In this document: piece by piece, positions 19,305-29,831 of the stretch
How the letters are laid out: every line of letters begins with the position of its first letter
How positions within the stretch are numbered: the first letter of the stretch is position 1
IMG/VR virus record: IMGVR_UViG_3300032242_001941
Span: 47,612 to 111,611 of that record
Source: a virus
Length of the DNA stretch: 64,000 bases
Reading direction: 5' to 3' (one strand)
Notes under the pieces: generated by a model
The model's input: only the letters and a program-made list of their open reading frames with translations
Databases searched by the model: none
Told to the model about the DNA's origin: nothing
Translations under genes and position numbers: made by a program

Positions 19305-20030
19305 ATGCGTCAGGATTTTAACTGGAGTCAGCTAAATCGCACAAATCTGTATAATATGTTATACAGTGCTGGTACGGATATTGTTGGCCGTAAAATGCCA
19401 GTTAAAATGCTACATAAATGCTTGAGCACACACATCAAATCTTGCCTACCGGTCACTATAAAAAAATGGCAATATGACGCCAAACAAGATCGCGGCTTTC
19501 CTTACATGGGCGGAAGTTATGACAGCGTTCTTGACAAGAAGAGCAAGAAAAAATTTATTGAAGTTGTGCTGAGTTATCATCCACAAGACACTGAATTGCG
19601 TATAACTAACTATCGTTGGCGCAGATTGTGTAGTTTATTTGCTGATACTATTCTGCACGAAATAATTCATATGCGACAGTATCGCAGTAGAAACTTTAAA
19701 GATATCCCTGGATACGAAAGCACAGCCTACTATCATCGTCAACGCCAAGATCAAGAATACTATGGTCACCGTGACGAAATGGGTGCATTCAGTTTTAATA
19801 TTGCCTGCGAAATGATTGACAAGTTTGGTTACGATCCAGTGGCAATTCGTAACCATATGGATACCTTGACCAGTCGTACCAAGAAGGGCACGTTTACTAA
19901 ATTCTTAGCTGCATTTGATTGGGATCATGATCACATCAAAGTGCGTCAGATGAAACAAAAAGTTCTTCGGCAGTTAGAATACGCGGCCATTGGTTGTCCA
20001 TTTAAGACTACAACACACTTGACTTATTAA
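19305..20030 (+). CDS. HExxH zinc-metalloprotease-like protein
   Basis: ILHEIIHMRQ...Y....DEMGAF. Confidence 0.6.
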   Translation: MRQDFNWSQLNRTNLYNMLYSAGTDIVGRKMPVKMLHKCLSTHIKSCLPVTIKKWQYDAKQDRGFPYMGGSYDSVLDKKSKKKFIEVVLSYHPQDTELRITNYRWRRLCSLFADTILHEIIHMRQYRSRNFKDIPGYESTAYYHRQRQDQEYYGHRDEMGAFSFNIACEMIDKFGYDPVAIRNHMDTLTSRTKKGTFTKFLAAFDWDHDHIKVRQMKQKVLRQLEYAAIGCPFKTTTHLTY

Positions 20031-21625
20031 CGCTGACGTTTACGTCCAAGAGTTTTTTCACTACCCAACGGTTCATTTTTACCACTGGCTTTGACATTAC
20101 TTCTTTTTTGACTTACATTATCTAAATCTGTTGTGGATATGCGGGCTGAAGGTCGTTCTCCTGTGCTTGCTTGAGCATCTAATGTGCCGGCTTCTTCTCG
20201 ACTTTGTCCTGATGGTGAATCAAGGTCAGTACCACCCGGGGATATCTCTACACTCATTTTACCTTTTTGCTCACCAGCCGAACCTTTGGTTTTAAGTTTA
20301 ACTTGCCCAGAGATCTTTGCTGGCCAAAATGCTTCCGTGACTAACTTGTCACCTTTGACTTTGGTGTATAGTTGAACAAAATTGTAGCCTAGGCTTTCAA
20401 TCAGGGCCGCACGGAAATCAGGAATGATTTTATCATTGTTGACTAGTCGCATCATATCTTGTATGGTTGCCCACCAGGCCTTGCCACCATCAGTGGCTGT
20501 ACCATCGCGAACTTTGGCACTTAGTTGTTTTTCAAACAAGCCCATGATTTTTCTTGGCAGGGCCTTGCCAGTTTTATTACTGTTTTCAATTTGTGCTACC
20601 AGTTCTGGTGAGAACGGCATCATAGACTGATAGGCCTTGGGAATTTTAGTTGGGTCAATCTCATACAAATAGTTCATTAAGGCAAACGGTTGTGTAAACG
20701 AACTTAGTCCCGGATCCTGTGCGGCATCTAGGAATTCTGTAGCTTCGGGATACTTGTCTCGGATCTCTTTGGGGAATTTCATGCTACCTAGACTAGGTGG
20801 AGCACCTTTACCAGCGGCCTTGCTGGATATCTTTACAGCATGTCCAGTGGCATTGTTTACCACACTAAAACTATCAGCTAACGGATTGTTGCTGGCCTTA
20901 GGGAAGAACATGATCATGTCGGCTAGATTTCCACCAACAAATTCTTCAAACTGTTCGCGACTACCACGAATGAATGGAGCCGCTCCAGTTACTAATGCCA
21001 ATGCTCCGATATATTCACTGGCATACAGCTCAATGGCCTTGATTTGATCTTTGTTTAAGTCTCCTGGAAATATCGGCGTTTTCCCTTCGTTGGCCTGTCT
21101 AGCCATATAGATCACAGCATCACCAAGTTTGCCTAGACTTGCTAGTTTAGGATTACCTGCAATTTTGTTGTACATGTCACTGGCCGGAAATCCGCCCGAC
21201 TTTAAGATATCTTCAATGTTGTTACCAAAATCATCTATGGCTTGTTTTTCATCGGTAGCAAATACATCACTGGGTTTGATTGGAATATTTTCAGCTTCTT
21301 TGCTACCAAATTCTACTGTTTTTTGTAGTTCGGTATTTTTAACAGTGTCACCGTCTGCGGTCCGTAAAGTGATAGTTCCTTTTGGTCCAGTGGCCAACCA
21401 TGCGGCTACAGCCCTAGCTTCTTTAGGATCTATAACAACTTCACCACCATTAACTAGAGTAAATGGACTACCTGTTTTAACTTTAACCAAAAACAATTCT
21501 TGGCGATTGTATGGTTTACCAGTTTTAGGATTAACAACACCGCTGGCCTTGGTTATAGGCATTTGGGAAGCCGCTAATTTTTCTTCGTATAGTAGGTTTT
21601 CAAGTAGATTTAGAATATCACGCAT
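20027..21625 (-). CDS. large hypothetical protein, probable virion-internal protein
   Basis: N-terminus [15 protein letters not shown]; late-type TAAGTA upstream. Confidence 0.6.
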   Translation of the reverse strand: MRDILNLLENLLYEEKLAASQMPITKASGVVNPKTGKPYNRQELFLVKVKTGSPFTLVNGGEVVIDPKEARAVAAWLATGPKGTITLRTADGDTVKNTELQKTVEFGSKEAENIPIKPSDVFATDEKQAIDDFGNNIEDILKSGGFPASDMYNKIAGNPKLASLGKLGDAVIYMARQANEGKTPIFPGDLNKDQIKAIELYASEYIGALALVTGAAPFIRGSREQFEEFVGGNLADMIMFFPKASNNPLADSFSVVNNATGHAVKISSKAAGKGAPPSLGSMKFPKEIRDKYPEATEFLDAAQDPGLSSFTQPFALMNYLYEIDPTKIPKAYQSMMPFSPELVAQIENSNKTGKALPRKIMGLFEKQLSAKVRDGTATDGGKAWWATIQDMMRLVNNDKIIPDFRAALIESLGYNFVQLYTKVKGDKLVTEAFWPAKISGQVKLKTKGSAGEQKGKMSVEISPGGTDLDSPSGQSREEAGTLDAQASTGERPSARISTTDLDNVSQKRSNVKASGKNEPLGSEKTLGRKRQR

Positions 21626-21680
21626 TTGCTTTTTCTCTATTAAAGTGTTATACTTACTTATCATTTATCTGGAGACATTG

Positions 21681-22268
21681 ATGCCAAACTTAGTACCCAT
21701 TGTAGTAGAACAAACCGCCAAGGGCGAAAGAAGTTATGATATATACAGTAGACTTCTGCGTGACCGTATTGTTATGCTGGACACAGATGTTAACGAACAT
21801 TCAGCTAGTTTAGTAGTGGCACAAATGCTGTTTTTAGAAAGTGAAGATCCAGATCGAGACATACTTTTTTACATAAATTCGCCAGGCGGTTCTGTAATTA
21901 GTGGACTTAGTATTCTTGACACCATGCAGTTTATCAAGTGTGATGTTAGCACCATTGTTATGGGTCAGGCCGCAAGTATGGGTAGCCTGTTGGCCAGTTC
22001 TGGCACCAAGGGAAAACGACTTATTTTACCCAGAGCTAGACATCTTATTCACCAGCCATTAGGCGGAGCCCAAGGCCAAGCATCTGATATGGAAATCCAA
22101 GTAAATGAAATTTTACGAATGAAAAAACAGCTCACTGAAATTTATGTTGCTACCACCGGCAAAAGTTATGAACAGCTGGAAAGAGATATGGACCGTGACA
22201 ATATAATGACAGCTGAAGAATCTATTGCCTATGGATTGGCCGATAAAATTGTGTCTAAAAGGGATTAA
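21681..22268 (+). CDS. clpP: ATP-dependent Clp protease proteolytic subunit
   Basis: [27 protein letters not shown] (Ser), HQPLGG (His), DRDN (Asp); SD GGAG before 21681. Confidence 0.97.
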   Translation: MPNLVPIVVEQTAKGERSYDIYSRLLRDRIVMLDTDVNEHSASLVVAQMLFLESEDPDRDILFYINSPGGSVISGLSILDTMQFIKCDVSTIVMGQAASMGSLLASSGTKGKRLILPRARHLIHQPLGGAQGQASDMEIQVNEILRMKKQLTEIYVATTGKSYEQLERDMDRDNIMTAEESIAYGLADKIVSKRD

Positions 22269-23566
22269 TGACATTTGAAAAAACATTTTGTTCTAGCCCA
22301 TGGTTGCATATGCGAATCAACAACTCGGGCACTTACGAACCATGTAGATGGATGTCTAAACAGGGCAACACCCGAGTTGATTTTGCCAACAACATCCAAA
22401 CTGTATCACCTCTAACATATTTTCAAAAGAGTATGGCCGAGTTAAGAACTACCATGCTAGATGGTGGTACTCCCGACATGTGTAACGATTGTTATACCAT
22501 GGAACGGCATAGTAAAACCAGCGGACGTCAACGGCAATTGCTCAAAGTTGGTATCCAACAACAATATTTTGAAAAAAGTCTAGCCAGTTCTACCCTAAAG
22601 ACGTCATTTGATTACAGCAACAACAGTCAAGGACACACCAACAGGTCTGTGTCTGACTGGCAAATTGATCTTGGCAACTATTGCAACGGCGCTTGTGTGT
22701 TTTGCGATCCCGAAAACAGCAGTAGACTAGCAACAGAGTTTCAAAAAATTGGATTGATTGATCAGCTACCCCCTGCTGCCTGGTGCGATGATCCTGCGTT
22801 AGTTGATCGGTTCGTGCAGGCGTTGACTGCCAGTACAAATCTACAGTATCTGCATTTCCTTGGTGGCGAAACAGTAATCACTCCAGGATTTCGAACAATA
22901 TTAACTGCTTTAGTTGAAGCTGGTCTAGCCAAGAATGTAACCATTGGATTTACTACCAATTTAACTGTTTGGTCCGATGACATTGTTGAACTATTAAAAC
23001 AATTTCAACAGGTGAACTTGGGCATGAGCATAGAAACCTTAACACCGGTCAATGACTATGTTCGTTACCCAAGTAAACAAGCACAGACTCGAGAGTTATT
23101 GGACCGATGGATAACTCTGGGAAAACAGCAAGACTGGCTAATACAACTTAGAATTACTCCTACCTGTCTAACTGTTCATGAATTACACACTGTCTATGAT
23201 TATGCCTGGCAAAACAATCTCTCTGTAGAGAGTTGTAATTTTCTTGACGAGCCTAAGTTTTTCCGTATTGCGGTGTTGCCGCTGGAATATAGAACCAAGG
23301 TAATTGAAACTCTGGAACAATGGATTCAGGCACATCAGTCTACAGAAACGCAACAGATCATCAACACTAGAGATCCCAATGTGGCACGAAAACAAATTGT
23401 GCAGGATGCACAAAGCTATTTGAATTATCTAAAATCTGTCGCAGACGAAAGCAATAGATTGCCCGATCTTGTGGCTTACTTAAAGCGATTAGAAAATAAT
23501 CGTGGCAATAGTATTTTAACTTATCTACCTCAATATGAAGAATTATTCAGATCTGCAGGATATTGA
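22268..23566 (+). CDS. radical SAM protein with N-terminal SPASM/twitch-like domain
   Basis: FCSSPW...PC...CNDC; CNGACVFC; LGGET; TTN. Confidence 0.88.
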   Translation: MTFEKTFCSSPWLHMRINNSGTYEPCRWMSKQGNTRVDFANNIQTVSPLTYFQKSMAELRTTMLDGGTPDMCNDCYTMERHSKTSGRQRQLLKVGIQQQYFEKSLASSTLKTSFDYSNNSQGHTNRSVSDWQIDLGNYCNGACVFCDPENSSRLATEFQKIGLIDQLPPAAWCDDPALVDRFVQALTASTNLQYLHFLGGETVITPGFRTILTALVEAGLAKNVTIGFTTNLTVWSDDIVELLKQFQQVNLGMSIETLTPVNDYVRYPSKQAQTRELLDRWITLGKQQDWLIQLRITPTCLTVHELHTVYDYAWQNNLSVESCNFLDEPKFFRIAVLPLEYRTKVIETLEQWIQAHQSTETQQIINTRDPNVARKQIVQDAQSYLNYLKSVADESNRLPDLVAYLKRLENNRGNSILTYLPQYEELFRSAGY

Positions 23567-23960
23567 TGCCAGTATCAATATCAAGATTTGTCTGCGCCCT
23601 ATAGGCCAGCCCAATATCTGGCTCAGAGTTAATCGTGATCGAATCGGATATACTGCATTATCGGAACCTATTCAATTGGATTATCGTGTTGGATTATTGG
23701 ATACAATTAATATATCATTAGAATTATATAATAAAAACTACGATAATATTAATGAAACAGCTATAATAATCGATAATATTATCGTTGATAATATCAATAT
23801 AATACCTAAATATGATTATCTAGCTGAATATGTTAATGATCACGATAATGATAACCCTACAAGCTATCTGGGTTTTAATGGTAAGTGGCTACTAACTATA
23901 GATCGGCCCTTTTATCACTGGCTACATCAGCACTCCGGGCAGGGCTGGCTAATCGGTTGA
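23535..23960 (+). CDS. hypothetical protein
   Basis: ORF overlapping the radical SAM gene; ends PFYHWLH...GW. Confidence 0.65.
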   Translation: MKNYSDLQDIDASINIKICLRPIGQPNIWLRVNRDRIGYTALSEPIQLDYRVGLLDTINISLELYNKNYDNINETAIIIDNIIVDNINIIPKYDYLAEYVNDHDNDNPTSYLGFNGKWLLTIDRPFYHWLHQHSGQGWLIG

Positions 23961-23985
23961 CCAGAAATGCTCCTTTTGCTATAAT
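23957..23985 (+). promoter_or_regulatory. early sigma70-type promoter (GGTTGACCA family)
   Basis: TTGACC-17-TATAAT, then TATAGT and AAGGAG. Confidence 0.8.
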
Positions 23986-24014
23986 AGTTGTATAGTAAAT
24001 AAAAAGGAGCAACG

Positions 24015-24413
24015 ATGAAAGACGCAATTATATACGCAGGTTACAGTCGTTTGGCAGATGGCACTATGAAATTTCGTACTGCTACAAATGAAGCTCGTGT
24101 TAATCAATTGGTAGCGTTTGGTGAAGAAGTTCACATGATTCTTATCAACGGCGTTTACAGCAAGTCAGCTGCCGCTAAAGAATTGCTCCGTATCAACCAC
24201 GCGAATGGCGCCAAGGCTCTTGAGCAGTTCTATACAAAATTTGTCCGTGACGAAAATCCGTTCCGTGTAGTTAAACTCAAGGTGCCTAGTGTGGCCATGC
24301 AGAAATTGACAGGTGCAAAGGTTGAGGTTGAAGAACTAAGCACAGCAGAAGCTCGCAAGATCCGTAACGAGTGGAATCGTAAACACGCTCACTTGTCATA
24401 TGATGGAGAATAA
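24015..24413 (+). CDS. hypothetical early protein
   Basis: strong SD; AGYSRLADGTMKFR resembles 48156..48485 (AGTATNPNGTTKAR). Confidence 0.7.
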   Translation: MKDAIIYAGYSRLADGTMKFRTATNEARVNQLVAFGEEVHMILINGVYSKSAAAKELLRINHANGAKALEQFYTKFVRDENPFRVVKLKVPSVAMQKLTGAKVEVEELSTAEARKIRNEWNRKHAHLSYDGE

Positions 24414-24414
24414 T

Positions 24415-24552
24415 ATGTCTATCAATTACGAACTAATATCATACGGTAATCGTGAAACAGGTGAGGCACACTATCTAGTAGATGGTGTAGAAGTTACCAA
24501 GTCTGAATACGAGCGTTGTTTAACAGAGTATCAACTGGCAAAGGCCAACTAA
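24415..24552 (+). CDS. 45-aa hypothetical protein (not in track)
   Basis: SD GGAG; MSINYELISYGNRETGEAHYLVDG... Confidence 0.5.
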   Translation: MSINYELISYGNRETGEAHYLVDGVEVTKSEYERCLTEYQLAKAN

Positions 24553-24553
24553 G

Positions 24554-24799
24554 ATGCCGTATGTTCCTCAACAACTCAAGACAGAATCGTTTATTGCTGG
24601 GTTCTCAGATATCTATACCATGCTAGGTACAAATCCTGAAATGCGTATGATACCCATCGATCAGTTAGAAACTGTTCGTCCCCGGTTAAAACAATTAGGT
24701 TATAGATTCCGTGTGGTGTTTCGTGGCCCGCACCGCAGGAATCGCGGTACTCTTAAAACGAATGCCCGGGCTTTTAATGTTTATTTTGAAGGAAGATAA
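24554..24799 (+). CDS. hypothetical protein
   Basis: early gene run. Confidence 0.6.
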   Translation: MPYVPQQLKTESFIAGFSDIYTMLGTNPEMRMIPIDQLETVRPRLKQLGYRFRVVFRGPHRRNRGTLKTNARAFNVYFEGR

Positions 24800-24800
24800 T

Positions 24801-24989
24801 ATGTCTAAATATCGCACAGTAGCAGAGTATCGTGAAATTGTTCGCAACATGCCCTTTAAAGAAGTAGAAGGCTTGTTTGACACTTACATGAATTGTCCAA
24901 GTCGTGGTGTCAAAGATGATATAATTATGAATGTACTTGAAGCTGAAATTGAACGTCGTATTTCTAACTGGGAGGTTGCGTATGTCTAA
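24801..24989 (+). CDS. hypothetical protein
   Basis: SD AAGGA, ATG 24801. Confidence 0.55.
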   Translation: MSKYRTVAEYREIVRNMPFKEVEGLFDTYMNCPSRGVKDDIIMNVLEAEIERRISNWEVAYV

Positions 24990-25155
24990 ATTCCGTGTGT
25001 ACTGTAGTGAAACAGTGACCTACATGGTCGAGGTAGAAGCCGAGTCAGCCGAAGCCGCCGAAGAATTGGTAGGCAGTGGCACAGTGGATCTGGGTGATCC
25101 AGTAGATGGTGATAATTTTCAAATTGATGAAGTTGTGGCCCAGGAGACTGTTTAA
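24982..25155 (+). CDS. hypothetical protein
   Basis: SD GGAGG; VEVEAESAEAAEE motif common in small phage proteins. Confidence 0.6.
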   Translation: MSKFRVYCSETVTYMVEVEAESAEAAEELVGSGTVDLGDPVDGDNFQIDEVVAQETV

Positions 25156-25355
25156 TGTTAAACCCAATTCCAAAATATAACCTGTTCGCAACACCTGCAG
25201 ACTTTGATCATTTAACTGCTATGCTCAACGGATGTGGTACCAAAGAAGAGCAACGAATGGCATGGTTTGGTGCCATGATGGCCCTGAATTTAGCCCATGA
25301 TTTAATCCAAAAAGAGTTTGGGGTATTGGTTGCCAATTCGGAATCTGTAGCGTAA
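25155..25355 (+). CDS. hypothetical protein
   Basis: SD AGGAG, TAATG coupling. Confidence 0.6.
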   Translation: MLNPIPKYNLFATPADFDHLTAMLNGCGTKEEQRMAWFGAMMALNLAHDLIQKEFGVLVANSESVA

Positions 25356-25471
25356 AAACAACACTCTAAACCCCCGTAAATGGTGGTTTTTTGTGGGCTT
25401 ACCAAAAGGTTGACCAAAAATACCCGATCGCTTATAATGTATGTATAGTGATTAATAAGGAGCAGAAAATG
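25344..25471 (+). repeat. stop/hairpin/early-promoter/SD cassette, copy 1
   Basis: closely matches 46334..46462. Confidence 0.85.
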
Positions 25472-25732
25472 GTTGGACTAACAATAGTTGAAGGTGACGT
25501 AATCCGTGCTTATGACTTCAAACCAATGGTAGGTCGCGAAGATTGTTTTATCGAAGGCACAGTAGTTGATGCCCACAGCATTGAGCAAGGTTACCAGGCC
25601 TACAAAATCCGTGTGACCCGTGACTCATGGAGCGATTCAGAAGACAAGGGTCGTGTTGGTATCGAAATGTTTGTTCCTTGGAGAGTGAGCTTTAGCGAGT
25701 TCCAAGGTCGTGTAATGAATTTGTCAAGATAA
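25469..25732 (+). CDS. hypothetical early protein
   Basis: SD AAGGAG; GDVIRAYDF. Confidence 0.7.
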   Translation: MVGLTIVEGDVIRAYDFKPMVGREDCFIEGTVVDAHSIEQGYQAYKIRVTRDSWSDSEDKGRVGIEMFVPWRVSFSEFQGRVMNLSR

Positions 25733-25849
25733 GGCTGTAATGGGGTCGTGCGATCCTTGGGGAGCCTTGATACCCCAGAAACTTGCATGTCACTTTTTGC
25801 TGGTTTTTGACTCTAAATAAAAACCAGCACTTTTTAATCAGGAGACAAG

Positions 25850-26062
25850 ATGATCAGAGATAAAGTTGCTAGCACTCCAATTATTGACCTGACCGGTCCC
25901 GAAGGCAATGCTTTTTTCCTAATGGGCCGTGCCGCTCGTCTTGCACGTGACCTAGGTCTCGACGGTGATGCTATTGTTGCAGAAATGAAGTCAGGCAATT
26001 ACGAAAATCTAGTGCAGGTGTTTGATAGCTATTTTGGCAACTATGTTATCTTGGAGAGATAA
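25850..26062 (+). CDS. hypothetical protein
   Basis: IDLTGPEGNAFFLMG motif seen in small phage proteins. Confidence 0.7.
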   Translation: MIRDKVASTPIIDLTGPEGNAFFLMGRAARLARDLGLDGDAIVAEMKSGNYENLVQVFDSYFGNYVILER

Positions 26063-26424
26063 TGAAAGTATTTCAAGAAACCACTGACTGGGGCACAGCC
26101 AGTGCGGTCAATCACATTTACTTCCTAAGCGACAGCAAGGACAAGATGTATGCTTACATCAACCGAGAAGGAAAAATTGATGAAGTCAAAACTCCGTATC
26201 GGTTCCATGTGCGTGGCCGCAAGTTTAAAGAGATTCCAAACCGTTGGGGATTCCGCCCGCGGGCGGAAGTGGAACCAGAAGTAGTGGGCCGACAGTATCA
26301 GGTGCCTGGATCAAAAGGTGCTATCTATACTGTTACCAATGATAGCGGATCGTGGACCTGCACCTGCCCGGCCAGTAAATGGCAAAAAGGCGAGTGCAAG
26401 CATATATTAAATCTTAAAGTTTAG
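26062..26424 (+). CDS. SWIM zinc-finger protein
   Basis: GSKGAIYTV...WTCTCP...CKH. Confidence 0.75.
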   Translation: MKVFQETTDWGTASAVNHIYFLSDSKDKMYAYINREGKIDEVKTPYRFHVRGRKFKEIPNRWGFRPRAEVEPEVVGRQYQVPGSKGAIYTVTNDSGSWTCTCPASKWQKGECKHILNLKV

Positions 26425-27115
26425 TGTAGCCGTAGTTAACTACCGCAGAGTTGCCGCTGTTGTTGGTAATACCGAATGTAAACACATTGGCGGTTGTAGT
26501 AGCAACTACAGCGGTACTAATATTGTTCACAGTTCCAACAATCTGATTCGGTATTGCTGTAAGCACTAGGGCGTTACCAGCCGCATAATACCAACCATAA
26601 CTGCTACCAAGCACTGGCACATTGGTGTTGGTGACAACCACAGTGGCCGTATAGGTGACAATACCGCTGGGTATATTTCCATTGACCCAGATCGAGTATG
26701 TACCCGGACCCGGAACTGATAGACTCACTGTATTTGTACCTGCGGCCAAGGTCCATGATCCAGTGGTTGTTGCTTGTGGTCCAGTAGCACCAGTTGGACC
26801 AGTGGCTCCAGTAATACCAGTTGCTCCTTGTGGTCCTGTGGAACCAGTAACACCTGTTGCACCTGTAGTTCCTTGTGGCCCTGTTGCACCTTGTGGTCCA
26901 GCTCCACCAGATATTCCGGTTAATTGACTACCGTTTCCATATAGATATGTACCTGTGATATTGCCATGCACACTGATGCTTTCAAATCCGTTTAGACTTG
27001 GTGCAGGGCTGGCATTGTTAGCTGGAACGATACTTTGTACTACTAAAACATTACCGGCTACTACATTTGCTGTTGTGCTAAATCCGCCATCTGAGTTAAA
27101 TGGTTGCTGTGACAT
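26414..27115 (-). CDS. short collagen-repeat structural protein
   Basis: GNGSQLTGI followed by GPQGATG repeats. Confidence 0.75.
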   Translation of the reverse strand: MSQQPFNSDGGFSTTANVVAGNVLVVQSIVPANNASPAPSLNGFESISVHGNITGTYLYGNGSQLTGISGGAGPQGATGPQGTTGATGVTGSTGPQGATGITGATGPTGATGPQATTTGSWTLAAGTNTVSLSVPGPGTYSIWVNGNIPSGIVTYTATVVVTNTNVPVLGSSYGWYYAAGNALVLTAIPNQIVGTVNNISTAVVATTTANVFTFGITNNSGNSAVVNYGYTKL

Positions 27116-27127
27116 TTATATTTCCTG

Positions 27128-29479
27128 TTAATTGAACATGACACCAAATTCTACAGCGTCAAAACTGGACCAGCCGCTGGTTTGACCAGCATCCAGGTTG
27201 AGTGAAATTTCAATTTCGTTTGCTAGATTAACTGTGGCTGTAACTACTGTATCTGCTATTGAAGCACGAGCTTTGATTCGGTTGCTGACAACAAAATTTA
27301 CTGTGCCCGCTGTGTCAAGGCTTTTGGTCGCCACCACATCAAACTGTTCCCACTGTGGGTTAGTACCAACAGATTCAACTGCAAAAGTCAATCGAACACT
27401 TTGTACATATTCATTACTTGCTGTATAAGCTACACTAGGTGTGCCGCCTGCGGCAAGTTCAGCTGAATATCCGTAAGCGGCACCAGAGTATTGGCCGTTG
27501 ACAATTTTTCTTGTGCCGGCCAACAGGGCTGATTCACCTGCGTTGCCTGACACATTTTGTGAAGCCAATAATAAATTGGCACTGCTAAAAGTCCATTGAC
27601 CCAGTTGTCCAGTGCCGTTACCGTAAGTGGTAATGTTTAAGGTACCATCTGGGTTGGCAGTCAAGCAGGTAGAGTATACGCCAGGAGCATCAGCATAGAA
27701 ACTGGTTACACTGGTAAGGTTACCTGTACCGCCGGTAAGCATTGTACCGTTGCCTTTGACATCGGCTGGACCAATAAAGCTACCGTGTGAAGTGTATATA
27801 TTACCGGTAACACTAATACCATCTGAACTAACGGTTTGAACAACATTGGCCTGCGCAGTGTTGCCCACAAACATTTTAATTTGTCCATTGGTTGATCCAA
27901 GAATCAAATTACCGGAGCCTGTTGTTGTACCTGCTTGATCTACACCAACCACATACAAATACGCATCATTTGTTGTACCAGTGTCACCAAAGAATTCTGG
28001 ATCTGTGTGATTACTACTGGCTATACCAAAGTCAGCAAAATATGTAGTGTCATCTCCGTTGTCGGCTGTTACAATGTAATCAGTACTTGCACTGGCACTA
28101 TTGCTAATATTTTGGAAATTAATTTGAGCATAGCTATCAACGTTACCGGCAAACTGTGCAATTACATTACTACCCAATAGAGTAAATCCTGAAACGCCAG
28201 CGTAGACGGCGTCAGTACCAAAACCGTCATAGCCGATAATATAAGCACCCTTGCTAATCACATTACCATTGTAGATGGTAACGTTGCCATTTGGTTCAAT
28301 ACGTAAGTTTTCAACTTGTGAAGTACTACCGGCTGGTGTGTTTAAAAAACTAATATAAGTTGGGTGACTGTTGGCAGTCCATGTACCACCAGCGATAATT
28401 TGCATACGACCAACTGAGATATTTGCGTAGTTAACACCGTCATAGGATCCGCGACCTGCTACAGCAACCAAGCGGTCTCCGGTTTGCATGGTTGACCCGG
28501 GTCTTAGATACGATCCTAGATAGCTGCCACCTCCGGCATTCCCAAGAGTGTTTCCAAAAGATTTAATTATCATTGCGGTGAGCTGATTCTCAGTGTCACT
28601 GGTAATGCTAAACAGCTGAGAGTTATCACCTTTTAAAATTAATTGTCCTGTACCATCTGGGTGAAGAACAATGTTTTGATTGGTACCAGGAGTGGTAGTA
28701 ATACTGCTATTACCAGGAAGACTGCGTGGTAAGACTAATTGGCCATTAATATCAAATACCCACCGAGCTCCAGTGCCGTCGTCGGTGTTAATATACACAT
28801 TGCCATTGGCTATTGGTACAGAAACATTACTGGTGCCGTTATAAATTATGTTAGAATTTCCGCCACCGCCACCTGAAATACCTGTTAAGAAAGCACCGTT
28901 ACCCAGTATGTATTGGCCTTGGATATTGCCTGTGGCTGAGATATTGCCGGCTGATATGTTGCCGGAGTAGGTGGGCAAAAAGGCCGCAACATCTGCATTT
29001 GAATATGTGCCAGATACACTGTTGTTAGATAAAAAGCGTACCTGAATAACGTCGGCATTGGCCGGAGCAGTGGTAAAGGTTAAAATATTGCTAATAACCA
29101 AGTAGTCTACGTCTGGAGTTTGTGTAATACCGTTGACAGTTACTAGTATAGAAACAGCAGTGGCAGTTTGTTGTAGAGTGAACGCTACCGTAGATCCATC
29201 ACCTTGAAACGTTTGATTAGTGATTGTGGTAAAGATGCCAGTAAGCAGGCTACCATTGCCAATGAAATAGTTGGCTGAGACATTGCCAGTAAGAGTCAAC
29301 GAATTGCTCCAACTTCTAGTATTGTTGGTGGTTATGACCAAGACCGTATTGTTGGCGCCTGGGCCAAGATTAGGTTCGGCCTGTGTAAGACCTAGGAATT
29401 GATATCGATCAGCAGTTAGATTAGCATAATCTGTTACTGCGACGCGACCACTTACGAGACTACCTTTATTAACAGTCAT
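27128..29479 (-). CDS. tail-fibre/virion structural protein
   Basis: GNGSLLTGI repeats, FQGDGSTVAFTL...VTVNGITQTP...LTFTTAP domain. Confidence 0.75.
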   Translation of the reverse strand: MTVNKGSLVSGRVAVTDYANLTADRYQFLGLTQAEPNLGPGANNTVLVITTNNTRSWSNSLTLTGNVSANYFIGNGSLLTGIFTTITNQTFQGDGSTVAFTLQQTATAVSILVTVNGITQTPDVDYLVISNILTFTTAPANADVIQVRFLSNNSVSGTYSNADVAAFLPTYSGNISAGNISATGNIQGQYILGNGAFLTGISGGGGGNSNIIYNGTSNVSVPIANGNVYINTDDGTGARWVFDINGQLVLPRSLPGNSSITTTPGTNQNIVLHPDGTGQLILKGDNSQLFSITSDTENQLTAMIIKSFGNTLGNAGGGSYLGSYLRPGSTMQTGDRLVAVAGRGSYDGVNYANISVGRMQIIAGGTWTANSHPTYISFLNTPAGSTSQVENLRIEPNGNVTIYNGNVISKGAYIIGYDGFGTDAVYAGVSGFTLLGSNVIAQFAGNVDSYAQINFQNISNSASASTDYIVTADNGDDTTYFADFGIASSNHTDPEFFGDTGTTNDAYLYVVGVDQAGTTTGSGNLILGSTNGQIKMFVGNTAQANVVQTVSSDGISVTGNIYTSHGSFIGPADVKGNGTMLTGGTGNLTSVTSFYADAPGVYSTCLTANPDGTLNITTYGNGTGQLGQWTFSSANLLLASQNVSGNAGESALLAGTRKIVNGQYSGAAYGYSAELAAGGTPSVAYTASNEYVQSVRLTFAVESVGTNPQWEQFDVVATKSLDTAGTVNFVVSNRIKARASIADTVVTATVNLANEIEISLNLDAGQTSGWSSFDAVEFGVMFN

Positions 29480-29482
29480 ATA

Positions 29483-29812
29483 TTATACAAGGGTTTCCAA
29501 AAGACTTAGTGTCAACTGTGATGAACCATTGACATTGGCACTTACTCGGAAACTTTGTCCATAAGTTAGGACCAAACGTCCGGCAATTGAATTGATAGCA
29601 TCATTTGCTGGTACGCTGGCATTGGCTATTAATGCTGTGTACGCGGCACCGTTGGCGGTTCCAGTTGAAATTTCAATAGTGCCGTTGCCGGTGTTGGCAA
29701 CTTGTGCCAATAAAATAACTGTGGAATATCCCAATGGTGTACTGTACACATTAGTAGGTGTGGTAGTTACGTTTGCGGTTATAGTTCTGAATACGTTTAA
29801 TGCGCCTGACAT
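29483..29812 (-). CDS. small structural protein of fibre module
   Basis: LNVFRTITA...VYSTP...LLAQVAN; beta-rich. Confidence 0.7.
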   Translation of the reverse strand: MSGALNVFRTITANVTTTPTNVYSTPLGYSTVILLAQVANTGNGTIEISTGTANGAAYTALIANASVPANDAINSIAGRLVLTYGQSFRVSANVNGSSQLTLSLLETLV

Positions 29813-29831
29813 GTTTTTTCCTTTTTATTAC

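Noticed and set aside
21129-21680. Long N-terminal extension of ClpP in the ORF track
   Set aside because: Antisense shadow of the minus-strand gene; the true start with SD is at 21681
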